Assembly: GCA_002269645.1 (NCBI GenBank) | Contig: NIVC01000142.1 | Coordinates: 558,001-622,000, forward strand | DNA: 64,000 nucleotides | Direction: 5' to 3' | Origin: Macrostomum lignano | Taxonomy: Eukaryota | Part shown: positions 49,469 through 62,362 of the stretch, piece by piece | How positions within the stretch are numbered: position 1 is the first letter of the stretch | Layout: the number at the start of each line of letters is the position of its first letter | Made by a program: the position numbers and the translations under genes | Notes under the pieces: model-generated | Seen by the model: the letters and a program-made list of their open reading frames with translations, nothing else | What the model was told of the DNA's origin: nothing | Database searches by the model: none

Positions 49469-50620
49469 CAAGCCAGCCACGACTCCGTCAGCTCATTTGC
49501 CATTCCGATGAACATCTGTGTGTTGCCGTAATCTTCCATCACCTCGGGCTCCATGTGAAATAAAAACGCACTAAAAAAGAAACAATTCAAGAAAATTACC
49601 GTAAAAGAACCAGTAGTGAAATGAATTTACCTACTTACACGAAAATAATTAAATAGCCGGTGACTAAGATTCATATATATTTATATATATACTATATATA
49701 TATATATATAAAATTATTGCCATCGCAACAGAAATGACAATATCGTGAAAAAGAACACTCAGAACAGAGTGCCGATAAAATTACAAAAACTGGCTTGTAA
49801 ATTGTAGATTCTGAGCACTGAAATGCTGCAACGGAAAAATTTACATTATATACTGAAGAAAGGGTGAGCAAGTGATAAAACAGTTCCCTTTGTAAAACTC
49901 GAGTAGACAATTCGACAAAGGCATCAAAATCTACTCCAACTACCCAGTGGTAATGATAGCTCATGCTACATTAGTAGAAGTTCATTAGAATGACGCTACA
50001 CTTGGCTTTCTTAGAAATGAGCTGAAGGGCCGGACCATAAGGAAGGTGTCTGTGTCGTTCTAGAGAACGCATAGCACTGAATGGGGTTTCGTCATAGAGA
50101 AAAATCCAGTTTCTCCTAAGCATTCTACATGCACTGGCGATGCGACAAAAATGCGTTCTTAACGGCCCTCCGGCTCATTTCTAGGAAAGTCGAGTGTAGC
50201 TTCCTCGCACTGCAGTTGTCTATGCCATCAAAGATACTGAAGTAGTCTGCTTTGAGTGCCAGTTGTTTTTTCACGTTTTTGAAAATTCGTTTACAATCTT
50301 TAGATCTACCAAAATGCTTCATCCATTCGTAGAATCCAACTCAAATTCGCGCCTTTCACGTTTCGCGTTTTAATAATATCCCCAGAAGTACTCAGTAACT
50401 CGTAAGCTTTGCCTTTACCAACCTTAACATAGTAAAGCTAGTTCAAACTGCATTTTACCTGCTATTTGGCGGAAGGTGTCCAGAACCTGTTTTAAACAAA
50501 TGCTCAGACGATAAGTTCACTCGGGTCCTAACAAACATGAACCAGTCATAAAAATGCACTAAAGGGTCAACAGGATGCCACAAGATGCCAGTGCAACAGC
50601 AGGGCAGGTGCAAACGTCAG

Positions 50621-52060
50621 TCAATTTTGTACAGGCAGCTTTTTCCCGGAAGACGGAGACTGGAAAAAGTCGGTGATGGGGCGCCGCATTTTCTTCCCAG
50701 ACTCGGCCGGAGATGCGGCGGAGGCTGAGGAGCCGCGAGCCCGCTTGGCCGATCCCGGGCGCTTGCGTCCAGCCTCATCAGGTGTCGGAGGCTGGCTGGG
50801 TGGCGGGTCACAGTCGACTGGCAGAGCCTCGTGGCAGCAGAAGGCCGCCTCCTCGGCGATCTCCGCGAGCTCGGCAAAGCTGATGCCGAACAAAATCGGC
50901 TTCAGCCGCTGCACTTTTCTCTGCTGGCTCTCCTCGAACGCGCGCTGCCTCAGCTGCTGCCGCTTCTTCCTGGTTTCAGCATCCTCAGCCTCATCCTCAG
51001 CTTCCGCAGGGTTCTCGCCTTCGTCATCGCTCAGGTAGCCGTGGGGGACAACAAAGGCAGCCTCATCCTCGTCATCATCATCCGACCCAGCCTCCTCTGG
51101 ATCTCCCTCGGACCTGTCCAGATCCTCGCCCTCGCCCTCCTCCTCCCACTCGGCCTCGCTGTCAACATCGTAGTCCAGGGTGGCCGCGTCTCTGCTCAGC
51201 GGGTTCCGGCCGGAGATGGCGCTGCTCCGCCTGCCCCAGGTGCCAAAGTAGGCGGGCCTGTGGTTCTCGCAGAACTGCAACAGCTTGCACTTGCGCAGCG
51301 ACTGCGTCTCCGTCACCATGACAACGTCGGGATCGGAGCCGCCTTGCAGGAACTCGCTAAGTGGCCAGGTCTGAGGGCAGCTGCGACCCCGGCGATGCTT
51401 CAGCTCAGTGAGGTAGGACTCAGCCTGCGGCGCTGCATCGCTGCTCAAAAACTGCTCAAGAGTATTTCTCTCCGACTCAGTCAGCGGCTCCCTGCGAATC
51501 GCCGGGCACAGCCGGGCGTCTCGGCGCAGCGGAAACGGCATGAAGCGCCGCTTCTCCTCCGGCGCTGCCGCCTCCTCAGTCTGAATCGAACCCCCGACCT
51601 CCGACTGGGCTCCGCTGGAGGCTGCCGGCTTCTTGATGAAGAAGCTGGCCAGAAGACTCGCCTGCTTCTCCTTCTGCCTGCGCTCTTCTTCCTGCCTCTT
51701 TTGCTTCTCGTCCTCCTTGGCCTTCCTTTCCTCCTCTTTCGCCTTTCTCTCCTCCTCCTTGGCCTCCTTCAGCTTGGCTTTCTCTTCTTCTTTCGCTTTC
51801 CTCTCCTCCTCCTTGGCTTCTTTCAGCTTGGCCCGCTCCTCCTCTTTGGCCTTTTTCTCTTCCTCCTTCGCCTGTCGCTCCTCTTCCTTCTTGCGCAGCT
51901 CCTCCTCCTTCTTCAGCCGCTTCTCCTCCTCTCGCTTCTGCCGCTCCGCCTCCTTCGCCAGCCTCTCCGCCTCTTTTTGCAGCCGCTTGCGCTCGCGCTC
52001 CGCCCGCCTGGCGGCCTGCTCGAGCTCCCGCTGCTGCTTGCTGGTGTTGTGCGGACTGGC
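50621..52060 (-). CDS. CHAF1A: Chromatin assembly factor 1 large subunit (p150/Cac1); main exon of 479 codons plus stop, upstream start exon not identified
   Basis: Frame is open from the acceptor TTCCAG| at 52060 to the stop at 50621. It encodes a K/E/R coiled coil, 'QASLLASFFIKK', the CAF1A domain 'KLLQFCENHRPAYFGTW...GRNPL...LDYDVDSEAEWEEE' and the acidic 'FVVPHGYLSDDEG'. An in-frame stop just upstream means the Met lies in another exon. Confidence 0.9.
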   Translation of the reverse strand, partial: ASPHNTSKQQRELEQAARRAERERKRLQKEAERLAKEAERQKREEEKRLKKEEELRKKEEERQAKEEEKKAKEEERAKLKEAKEEERKAKEEEKAKLKEAKEEERKAKEEERKAKEDEKQKRQEEERRQKEKQASLLASFFIKKPAASSGAQSEVGGSIQTEEAAAPEEKRRFMPFPLRRDARLCPAIRREPLTESERNTLEQFLSSDAAPQAESYLTELKHRRGRSCPQTWPLSEFLQGGSDPDVVMVTETQSLRKCKLLQFCENHRPAYFGTWGRRSSAISGRNPLSRDAATLDYDVDSEAEWEEEGEGEDLDRSEGDPEEAGSDDDDEDEAAFVVPHGYLSDDEGENPAEAEDEAEDAETRKKRQQLRQRAFEESQQRKVQRLKPILFGISFAELAEIAEEAAFCCHEALPVDCDPPPSQPPTPDEAGRKRPGSAKRARGSSASAASPAESGKKMRRPITDFFQSPSSGKKLPVQN

Positions 52061-53399
52061 CTGGAAGGCAATCGGACATGCATATATGGGAGTTGGTTGT
52101 ATGGATAGGCATCAATTAAGTGCTAAAAGTGAGCAAAAATATGAAATCCAGAATTGAGTTTCCTTTGCAATACAGCAATTTTTCATTTTATCTAAGAATT
52201 CAAGCATTTATTGCAATACATTCTACTATTGAATTTCAGACAGAACTGAAAAGTAAATTCAGACTAGTCATTTCACAATGCAAATTTATGGACATGGAGT
52301 CTGGAGAGCAGTGCTGCCACTTGCTGCAGAAATTTGCCCACCCAGGATGCAGAAATTGTGAAATATATTTCATTTTCAGCAAAACCTGTAGAAATTTTAG
52401 CCATGTCAAATATGCATTAATTTTTGTTTCACAGCTCAACTTAATATTTGTTAGATTTACAGCACCAGTATGTTTTAATTATTCTGCTGTTTATTTAGCT
52501 TTGGCAAATAAATAAAAAGGAAAGGAAACATTTCTTTTTTGTTTCTTGTGCTTTTTTTGCAGCTTAAAAATTTCTTGGCCTTGCAATAGCCATTCTGTCT
52601 TCTCCAGAAGATAAATAATCAAATAGATATAATCATTTTGTTGCATAAAATTGCTGTTGTACACATTTTTATAGACACAAGGGAATACAGATCACAGATT
52701 ACATTTTTTACATGTTTGCGTATTATTACAGGTATATTTATATTCAGATTTATATTTGTATTACATTTGATTATACTTTTATTCTTTACCTGGCTTATGG
52801 CTATGTAGCTATTCTAATTTTATAAGTTTGGCCTACAATAATTTTGTTTTTGCTTTTTTCCAGACCAAGAAGTACTTTTTCTCTATTTGTTTCCTTTTCT
52901 TAAGATGAAAGATACATGACTATACCCAATTCGCATAATCATCATATATAACTTATAATTATATATAACATCCAATTTGTCAGTATGAGGTTTACAATGC
53001 ATAGAAAGATGTCTGCCTACTTAAAAATTATTTGTATATAACTCATCTTTACTGTAACATGCATTCAATTTGTGACATAAAAAATGTACATTCTACCTTT
53101 TCAATGTAAAATGTAATGGCTCTAGTATTTTTTACCATTTCTAAAAAAGTTTGCCCTTAGACAAAGAAGAAAAATCTGAAATAGGTTAATTTTTTATTTG
53201 TAATTTTCTGCAAACCTATAATGAAAAAGCCCCCAAAATGACCCAAAATTAGTTTAAAAAGTAAGTTGCATATCTAGTGTAAATCACATGTATGACTTGC
53301 AAAGCCACAATTAACAATGTTTTGCCTAGAATGACTAGAAAGAAGCATTGATAGCAAGCATATTAATGAATGGCTGCAGTGGCATCCTGATGACCTAAT

Positions 53400-55200
53400 G
53401 CAAGCCTAGTGTATTGCATACAAGAAGTCTATACAGCTTGGATCTAGTGGGTTCAGTATAATAATAGCTTTTGAGCATAGCAATATGTTCTAGCACATGT
53501 TTCCAAACAAGAAGATAGCATCTAGCTTTCAGTCCAAGTGCACAAAGACTTATCTCATCAACAATGCAATTTCTCCAGATGTTCAAAATGGCTTAATCTA
53601 GGACCTCAACTTGAGTTCTATTGTTTTTCCTTGTCTGTTGATAAATCTAACGATCATGCTCCTAAGTTTTTTGAAATCACTTTGACTTTCTTTTCTATAA
53701 AGCAGAAGAAGCTTATGGTACTTTCAATAAAAAGTATTGAGCAAATCATTGGCAAAGCTAAGACAATGGTGGATTTAGGGGGAAGGCACACAGGGTGCAC
53801 CCTGCCCCCATAGTTTGAATTTTTTTACATGTACCTTAATATAATCTGCATCCCCCATCCAAAATTTTCTGACTTTGTACTTGAGCTAAATAGAGATAGA
53901 CCTCAGACCAGTTGCAGCAGTGCTCAATGTGTGCAATTTTAGTTTGCAAAGACACTAATAAAGGCCATTGTTGAAACACTGTCTATTAGTTAAAGATAAA
54001 AAATTGTCTATATCAGATGGCCCTTCTATCATTATTGGTAGCCACAAGTGGCACAATGGTTTCCACAAGCTAATACAGAACATTGCTCTATATCTATTTC
54101 CAATTCCAACCTACTGGTTACAGTATGTTATTAATGCTTTGCACAATGCCTGCAAGAAGCTTGGCAAACAATAGGAGGATTTCTGCTATGCTATATATAA
54201 TTATTTCACTTCACCTCATACTGGACTCTGTACAAGAAGGTTCAGTCTCTTTTGGAGGCCCAAAATCATTACCTAGGTACTTTGGCACATTGAGATAAAG
54301 TGTCTTTAGATTCTGCCTATTATAAATTGTGTTCTAGAATAGCTAATAGCACTAAAGACTTTCCTAGAAATATTGCCTAGCCTAGGCAGAGACTAGACCA
54401 CTTATGAAGTGGGAAAGTTGTTGAAGTGCATACTACTCTGCATCAAAAGGTGATTGAACTAGATTTGTGCTTCTTGTTTTGCTGACTTTGAAAAAGTTTG
54501 AAAATTCATACTAGTAAGAAAGATGAATTATACTCAGAAATCTCCTAAATGTACAAGAGTGTACTAGTTCTCTCCCTTGACTGAGCCAACATGAACAATA
54601 ATGTTTGATGGCTTAGCACAATGACCTTTGACCATATGCATTGGCTGCCCAAAGACAAGCTGTCTATAGATGATAGAATACAAGTTGTACTACAGCAAGC
54701 TACACAAACAAATAGGCAAGAATTCTTTATTAGAGTGAAAACCTTCTTTGCCTGCTTAGCTAGCAGTTTGAAAGATGCCTTGCCATTGAGCAATGCACTT
54801 CTGAGAGATGTGCTTTTTATAACTAGATTTTTCTGGCAATGAAGACTGCAAACTAGTGTTGCAAAGGCTCTCCTTAAAGGGTCTTTCTTAAATTATAATG
54901 CTCTCCTACTAGAATGGCACTTGTTTCTAATTGATCAAAGCATTCAACAGTGGCATTTTAAAGATCCAGATCTCACCAAGTTCTAATGTCACATTTATAA
55001 CACTGAGCAATACCTACTACAAGAAAAGCCTGCTACCAATGCTCAAACAGTGCCATGTGGCAAAGTGGCAATAGAAAAGATCTTCAATTTGCTCTCCAAA
55101 TTATTGAAAAAGAAGTGCTATGGTTTGGAAAAGGTTTTAATTGATCCTTATTTGCTTTTTGACTTCTATCTAAAGCAATTTGGTTTGATGTATATGGACT
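53400..55200 (+). mobile_element. Heavily decayed hAT-like transposase
   Basis: Fragmentary frames give 'ISPDVQNGLI', 'FSLSVDKSND', 'SISDGPSI...NALHNAC', 'LKDALPLSNALLRD' and 'PCGKVAIEKIFNLL' (dimerisation-domain-like). Many stops. Confidence 0.5.
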
Positions 55201-56459
55201 TTAAAATCTTAAATGTTCTTATTCTCTCTATATATAATGCACAATAATCACGAATTCCCATTATTTGCTAGGTAGAAAAACAGAAAAACTTTTCATCTAG
55301 CTATACCTGCAAGCTGCATGGCATGATACTTGTTTTTCCATATCTACCTATGCTTGGCCTAGTATCTTTAATGTGCTAAGTTATATCTGCTCTGGCTATA
55401 AGCCAAGCTAAGTATTATCCATAGACATTAATTTGCCTCTTAGTGCAGTGCAGTGAATGCTTTAGCAGTCTAAAAGGAGCAAGCAATGCATGCCAAAATA
55501 AAAAAGAAAGATTAGAAGAGATACTTTTCTATGACTATAGCCAACTATTGGCTGGTTTTTAATTTAATGTCTTAAGTTTGAGACTTATTCCACTACTTGT
55601 CAATAAGAGTAAGACACAACAGTGGCATTATAGCAAAAGTTATAAAACTGAGACCAAAAGATGGTAGGTCTACTACCAACATTAGCACCTAAGAAACTTG
55701 CATCTCAAGCAAAGTTAGCAGCCAAGATAGAATCTCTAGCAAAGTCTGCAGCAAAGATAGTGACTAAGGATGACAAAGTGCTATTGCCTTTGAGTCTAGA
55801 AGGATTAGGCCAAACTAGGCCCCTATACAATTTTACCAGCCAATGCTCAGAAAAAACATGCTTAACATGATTGACATTGAAAAGCTGGGGGGAAGAAAAG
55901 TTGTTTCTAGTGTGACCATGTAATTCGTAGAAGCGTGTATTGCATTTCTTTATTTTCATATGCATACCATACTACTATTGTATTCTTACATTTATTTTAA
56001 CAATATTTGTACATATTATTATCACACTATTTTTACTGTTAATTGCTTTGTTTTTATAGCCTTGTATGTATTTATTCTATTATTTGTATTTCATTCATAT
56101 TGTTATTATTTCTCGTAAAGTAGTTCTACCTATGTACATGTACTAACATATGTTATTCTTGCATGATATATTTATCAATTAATTTGTACATGTACATTGC
56201 GTGCCGCATGGGGGTTTGTCTGGGTTTTGGATTAGGGGTGCTGTTGTTTGTTATCTGTTTACCTTACCAATTAAATATACGCTTACAGTCAGCTGCCGCT
56301 CTCTCCCTTCACTCCTGGGTTTTTGCTCTGCTTCTTGTGGGCCCCTTAGCTGTTGCATTCAATTGCTTTAGTCGCACTAAAATTAAGCAGCTACCAATCC
56401 AACCCTAACCTTTAATTCAATATACCAAATCTGCAATTTAAGCTAAGGCAAGGGAAGTT

Positions 56460-57000
56460 GGCTACTAGCTCTAGATTATTAAATTTAACCACTACACAAA
56501 TCGTACATCTTCCCGCCTTTATTTGTCACACTAGGATAGATAGAATATTTCACAGTTACAAAAACACCTGCAAATGGAAAGAAGAAGAAAAGGTGCAGAT
56601 TTTGTTTATGACTTTGTTTACTATCTATATGACATTGGCAGATGATCTGGCTCTTACATAATTGAGTAGGCATACAATGTCCTTTGAAGAGTTCAGCAAG
56701 GCACTGAAGATCCTTGTGCCTAAAAAACATGTCTTGTCTAAATAATATACCTTTTAAAATGCTAAAACACAAAAGAGAGCATTGAAGCATTCAATAAGAG
56801 GCTATTCAAAGTGTCAACTAAGTGTGCTTTTAGCAACAAGGAGGAACAGCTCCAGGATGAATTTATTTGCAGATTGAATAATAAAGTCATTATAGCAAAG
56901 CTGCAAATCTAAGATTTTAAGGAGTTGACTGTCAAGACTGCTGTGGCAGAGGCTAAGGCAAATGTGGCACTGAAGTCAATACTCCAATAGGCCTAAAATA
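56460..57000 (+). mobile_element. Decayed Gypsy-like gag remnant
   Basis: Fragments 'KWKEEEKVQILF...', 'SFEEFSKALKILVPKKHV' and 'EEQLQDEFICRLNNKVIIAKL' resemble retrotransposon gag. Multiple stops. Confidence 0.45.
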
Positions 57001-57256
57001 AAAAAAATCACATAGAATCCTAATTTTCTTAACAAAAAGCTCTATGAATATCGATAGAGCAATGATAAAGGCAAAACATATCAAAAGATGAACACTGGAT
57101 CTGCCTCATATCAAAAGCAGTAGCAATTTTTGTGCTGAAAAATGAAAACTTCCATCTCCGTAGTGTATCTTTTTCGGGAAAACTTTGCCTTCTAAAATTT
57201 TCTAAGAAACGAGGTTTCCCGTCCTTCTACTTAAGTCGTCCTTGGCATTGGGGTGT

Positions 57257-60200
57257 GGGTGATTCTCATCGAGAGGTTTCGGAGGTTTTGAGGTTTTTCA
57301 GAGGTTTCATTTCGAACAAATATTTTTGCACAAAAATTTTAATACTGTACAAAAATTGAAATCTGACTGTAATTTACTAATGAATACAAATTTTCTTTAG
57401 AATATAGCTCGGAGGTTTTGGATTCTTTTTAATATTTCTTCTGATAGGCACGCGCGGAAATTATTTAACTTAGGCAACTATTTTATGCTTAAAAGAAAGT
57501 GGTTTTTTAAAAACACTGCACGCAACACAACACACTGGTAATGTCATCGTTGCCATTGGCATTTACATTCAAGGTGCAAAAACAAAATAAAAAATATTCG
57601 ACTTAAAGGCGCTGCTTGAAATATACTGAAAACATATAGACAGTTGTTTCATCCATTTCCTGTTTTTACTTTTGAGTGCTGCATACCATTTTGCATTCGA
57701 ATTATGTAATGACATTGACGACCTGCATGCATACTGCCTCAGAGAAGTAAATAGAAGAATTATTCTTGTCTCAATGTTTTTTATAAATATATGATGGCCT
57801 AGAATTACAAGTATGCATTTTTATTACTTAAAGCAGAGCATTTAACTTTTAATCATAAAATTTATTTTAATTACTAAAAGCTATTAGCTTTTCTCTCAAA
57901 AAATAACGCTAGTTGCACAACTGCTACTGCTGACAAAAGCTCTCTAACACCTTAGATTTAGTTCTTATACAAACAAAATGCTTGCAGTAAGACTTTGTAC
58001 ATGTATTGCACCACCTTTGTTTGATGCTAAAAATATATGTTGAGCAATAAGCTAGATAGCCGATACCAATATTTTTACTAGAGTTAAAACTAAAAAGTCA
58101 TTGGACACATTTTTGACATTGTTTATTTAAAAATATCATAATTTCTTCAATATAAATGTATTATTGGCATCTTTAAAGATTGCAAGAACAAATGTATAGG
58201 AAAATCATTATGTTTATTGACTTTTGAAATTGATTGTTTATGAAAAGTTATAGATAAAAGTAATCATAATCAATGCCTTTTATTTCAACATACTTTGTTT
58301 CAGCTGCCAATACCATGCCTGAACTACCGCTTGCCTGGTCTCCTGCCTGCATTCTGAGCCTGTACAGGCCAACAATGCTTCATGTTTGTCTAATCTAATA
58401 ACAGGCATTATGGCATTCCATGTCCTATACCCACTTATGTTGCGTCTCAGTGCAACCTAGCTCGCCACCCTTAGAGCTTTGGCAGGCTGGTTGCTTTTGT
58501 GGTGGCAATTGGTTTGGTTGTCAGCATACAGAAGATGGCTGTGCTCTAGCTACTAACCAGATGACATCAACCGACAGCCTAGGGGCTAATCTACTGCGCA
58601 CTGCCTTCGAGATGAGTGACTGAAGTTCTTCAACTGCTTGCTGGCTGACGCGCTACAGCCTTCGTTTTTGCGGGCATCGTCTTTAATATGCGCATTAACT
58701 CCTAAAGTTAAGAACTTCACTTTCATCTGAGTAAATAACAAGAAAAGACTTATATTCTCTCATGTAAAGATCTGAAATGTGAACTTTTAAACTGTTTTGA
58801 TTTGACTCTCAAAGAATATTTATAATATAGCGTGTTTAGGTAATGTAACAGCAATGTATAGATAAATATACATACTGATAGAGAAAATACAAAACGTTCC
58901 TTCTTTGTTTTTGAAATGCATTCTTGCAATGTTCGATGTTTTAAAAATGTAAGGCCTAAAAAATAAGGCAAGACCAATTGGCAACTACCGTGAAGCTCGT
59001 TTGCTTGTATCAAGTTGGCGTACGCTGGCTGACATTGGGTTATCTATCAGACTTGGAGTCTCGCCGCACTAAACCCTTGAAAAAACATTAGCCAGCCTTT
59101 TGAGATGCAGCATAGCATTCCAGGTTCAATGACATGTCTATGAAGATGCATCCTACATCGTCAAGACCACCGAGGTGATCGAGACCTCAATATTGTAGGG
59201 TGAGGAACATGGGCGATGCTTCTCCAGAGCGCGGTTTCCGCTACGGCCAGCAAAGTGCAATTGGGCAGTCGCATTATGTCAGTTGTAGTGAGTTCCATTT
59301 GGATCAGCACTCGGCTGCTGCTGCTGCTGGACAAAAATGCTTGGTGTGAGTTCCCTTGAAACAAATCCCGCAGGGCAATCAGGTAGGCTGCAAATTCCTC
59401 TCCAAGATTGGCACCAGCATGCCTGACATTGGTTTTCATGGCCTCCAATTGAGACTATCGAACCAGTTGATGCTGGAAGCCCAAAAATGCGACAATGGGA
59501 CTCGAGTGCTGCAATGATGAGCAACAACGCTGAAGTCGAGCTGCACCAAAATGTCCTGTAATGGGTAATAGTGAAATGAGGAATTTTATCTGTCTAATCA
59601 TTGGAATGAACTTCCCTGAAAGGTCATGCCATAACTTTTGCTGAAAATCGCGCCATTAGGAATTTAGGGACACTAGCCATGTAACATGTATGAATGTCAT
59701 CTCTTGCCCCAACCATTGGCCTTTGCTTTCAGCTACCCTTGATCCTCATAACATGTATATTGGAAAGACAGCATTTAGAAAATTTACTCACTTGTTGCAG
59801 TCAAATGTAGTGAAGACCTTGGGGTGTCAAGAAAGACACTTGGTGGATTAATTTAATCGACTTCTAGAAGCATATCATCTTGTGCAAAGGTATTTTAGTA
59901 GGTCATTGCTTTGCACGAATTCCCATAGTTTGATGGGCTCTGGAAAGATGCCATGATTGATAAAGGAATACAATGTTAGTCTTACATTTTAGTATATGGA
60001 TGTAGTGTAAGTACTTAACATCATAAGAAAATCTAAAGATTTATAACCTTCTCCCCAACATGGTTGGCACCATGCATTTCATTGGCATGACAACTACTGT
60101 GGATGATAAGAGAGTATATTGGTTTAATATTAAAAAAATTCACTTATAAAGTAAATTAAAAACTGAATAAAAATGTGATAACTAGGCATACATAAGTACA

Positions 60201-61201
60201 AGCTACTATTTACTTTGAATATTTGCATAAAAAGACAAAAACTAAAGCAAGTTACTAATGTATAAGAGTAATAGAAATTGTACTCACCCATATCAACTTA
60301 AATTATAACTGAATATAAATAGCTATTAATAAATTATAATTAAAATTAAAAAGTAAAAATTTCAGTTCATTAGAGCTTTCAAATTTATATGTAGAGGTAG
60401 AGCAATCAAATAAAAAATTGCCATTTTTAAAGCCTGGTGAAGAGAATTATTCACTAGGATTAGAGACTTAGTCTTAGGTAATAAATATTTTTATCCTGTG
60501 CATAGTGTGTTAGGATTTAGGATGATGATGTAAAAATAGTAAAATAATATAAAATAAAAATAATTTTTTAGTAAATTGGATATAAAATAAAAAAAGAATA
60601 TCAAATAAGTGAAATAAAAATTATATATTTTACATTAAATATGCCTAGTAAAATACTTAGGGCCTTTAGTTAGTTAGACTAACAATCTATATTAAATAGC
60701 GACTGATACTGATTTGATGAAAAAAATACTGACTTGGTCTTGTTAGTGTTAGTCATAATTTAAGTCTGGCTTAAAAATTGATAGCTTTCTTAAGACCAAG
60801 TAAAAAACAATATGAAATTCGCATTGGTAAATAGTGTCTGTATTTAATTACATGGACAGGTCTAGTAGAAATTAGGATAGTTACGAATATGCATTGAAAG
60901 GGAACAACACACACTTGTGACGATTCGCAACTTTGCGCTTATGAAATGAAATGTGTCATGGAAGTCCCTACCACTTCGCACAAAAACAGTTAAATAATTT
61001 TCGCGCGTGCCTATCAGAAGCAAAATTAAAAAGAATCTGAAACCTCCGAGCTATATTCTAAAGAAAATTTGTATTCATTAGTAAATTACAGTAAGATTTT
61101 AATTTTTGTACAGTATTAAAATTTTTGTGCAAAAATATTTGTTCGAAATGAAACCTCTGAAAAACCTCAAAACCTCCGAAACCTTTCGATGAGAATCACC
61201 C
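57257..61201. mobile_element. Non-autonomous Mutator-like element (3945 bp) with 214-bp TIRs and 9-bp TSD
   Basis: 57257-57470 is a near-perfect inverted copy of 60988-61201 (GGGTGATTCTCATCG...). Identical TTGGGGTGT at 57248-57256 and 61202-61210. Confidence 0.9.
58400..59560 (-). mobile_element. Decayed Gypsy-like gag fragment carried inside the MULE
   Basis: ORF 59161..59448 includes 'LGEEFAAYLIALRDL' (gag 'GE.F..YLIALR.L' motif). Downstream on the minus strand is a broken zinc-knuckle-like 'HK...IGH'. A TTACA|TGG LTR-end/PBS-like junction lies near 59680. Confidence 0.45.
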
Positions 61202-62362
61202 TTGGGGTGTGTATAAGCATGGTCGACGATCGACGCGACAAAAGCCTGTTTAGAATTTTTTCATTTGTAATATTCCGTGATTTCAATATTCCAGCCAGTT
61301 CTGGTTCTGGTATTTAAATCATGATATTTTCAATTTTGTTACACAGCAACAGCACGATATGGCTTAAAAATTAGGGGTTAAGTAGAGTAGAGCAGAGCAT
61401 TATAAAATATCAATGCTTTCATTTTCCTGCCAATTAAGGTTCTGGTTCTAGTGTACAAATATTCTCTTTCAAAAACCATTCCCATCAAAAAGCTAGGCCC
61501 TATATGACTATAATAATTCAATGGACAGTTGATCTATTTATTAGTAGGGCCTATTCATTGACAAGTTTAAGTCAATGACAATTTTTTAGGCCTATGTGGT
61601 TATGGCTATTGGATATAGTCCCATATTTGCAATTTGATTGTGTTTATTCATCGGGGCCTATTCTATGGTCATATCGTAAATAGACATAGAAGAGTCCCAA
61701 TCCACTTGGGACTCAGCTGAACTCTTGCTAAACTCTTCAAACAAACAGTCAATAAAACAAACTTGTACTTATAGAGTAACAAATGAATATTGGTACTGCA
61801 ATTATAATAAGTAGAATGTGCTTATTATGTTATGAGACTGTCTTGAAATTTGGTATAAAAATATTTTCCACTAAGATTTTTAAGAAGAAGAAGCAAAGAG
61901 CATAGCACTTGTATTATGCATTTGCTTTAACTTGGTCTTGGTTTTACCCTAATAAGTAATAACCCTCTATGCAGTTAGTGTTGACAGTATACTTTTCTCT
62001 ATTGCACTTAACCTCAATACTAAATATGGTTTTGTAGCAAACAAACAACCCAATGCATGTTATTGTTAATGTTAGGCCTACATGTAGTTGCAATCAAGCT
62101 TGTCAATAGCAAGGTTGATAGACTATCTATCACAATCACTGTAATTCTATAATTAGCTATAACAAATGTAGATAGAATATACTTCTGAATGACAAGTATA
62201 GGCAGAAGTATTGCAATATTATATAAAGCAATAGGCTAAATGATAGTATTGAAATATAAAGCATTGCATTAGACCATGCCAAAAATCTAGATCTATATAC
62301 CTTTATAAGATCCCTAATGGTAGGGCCTATAGTAGGCCCTATAATGTCTGCAAACTTGTAGA

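Noticed and set aside
50831-52108. 425-aa Leu-rich plus-strand ORF
   Set aside because: Antisense shadow of the CHAF1A KER coiled coil.
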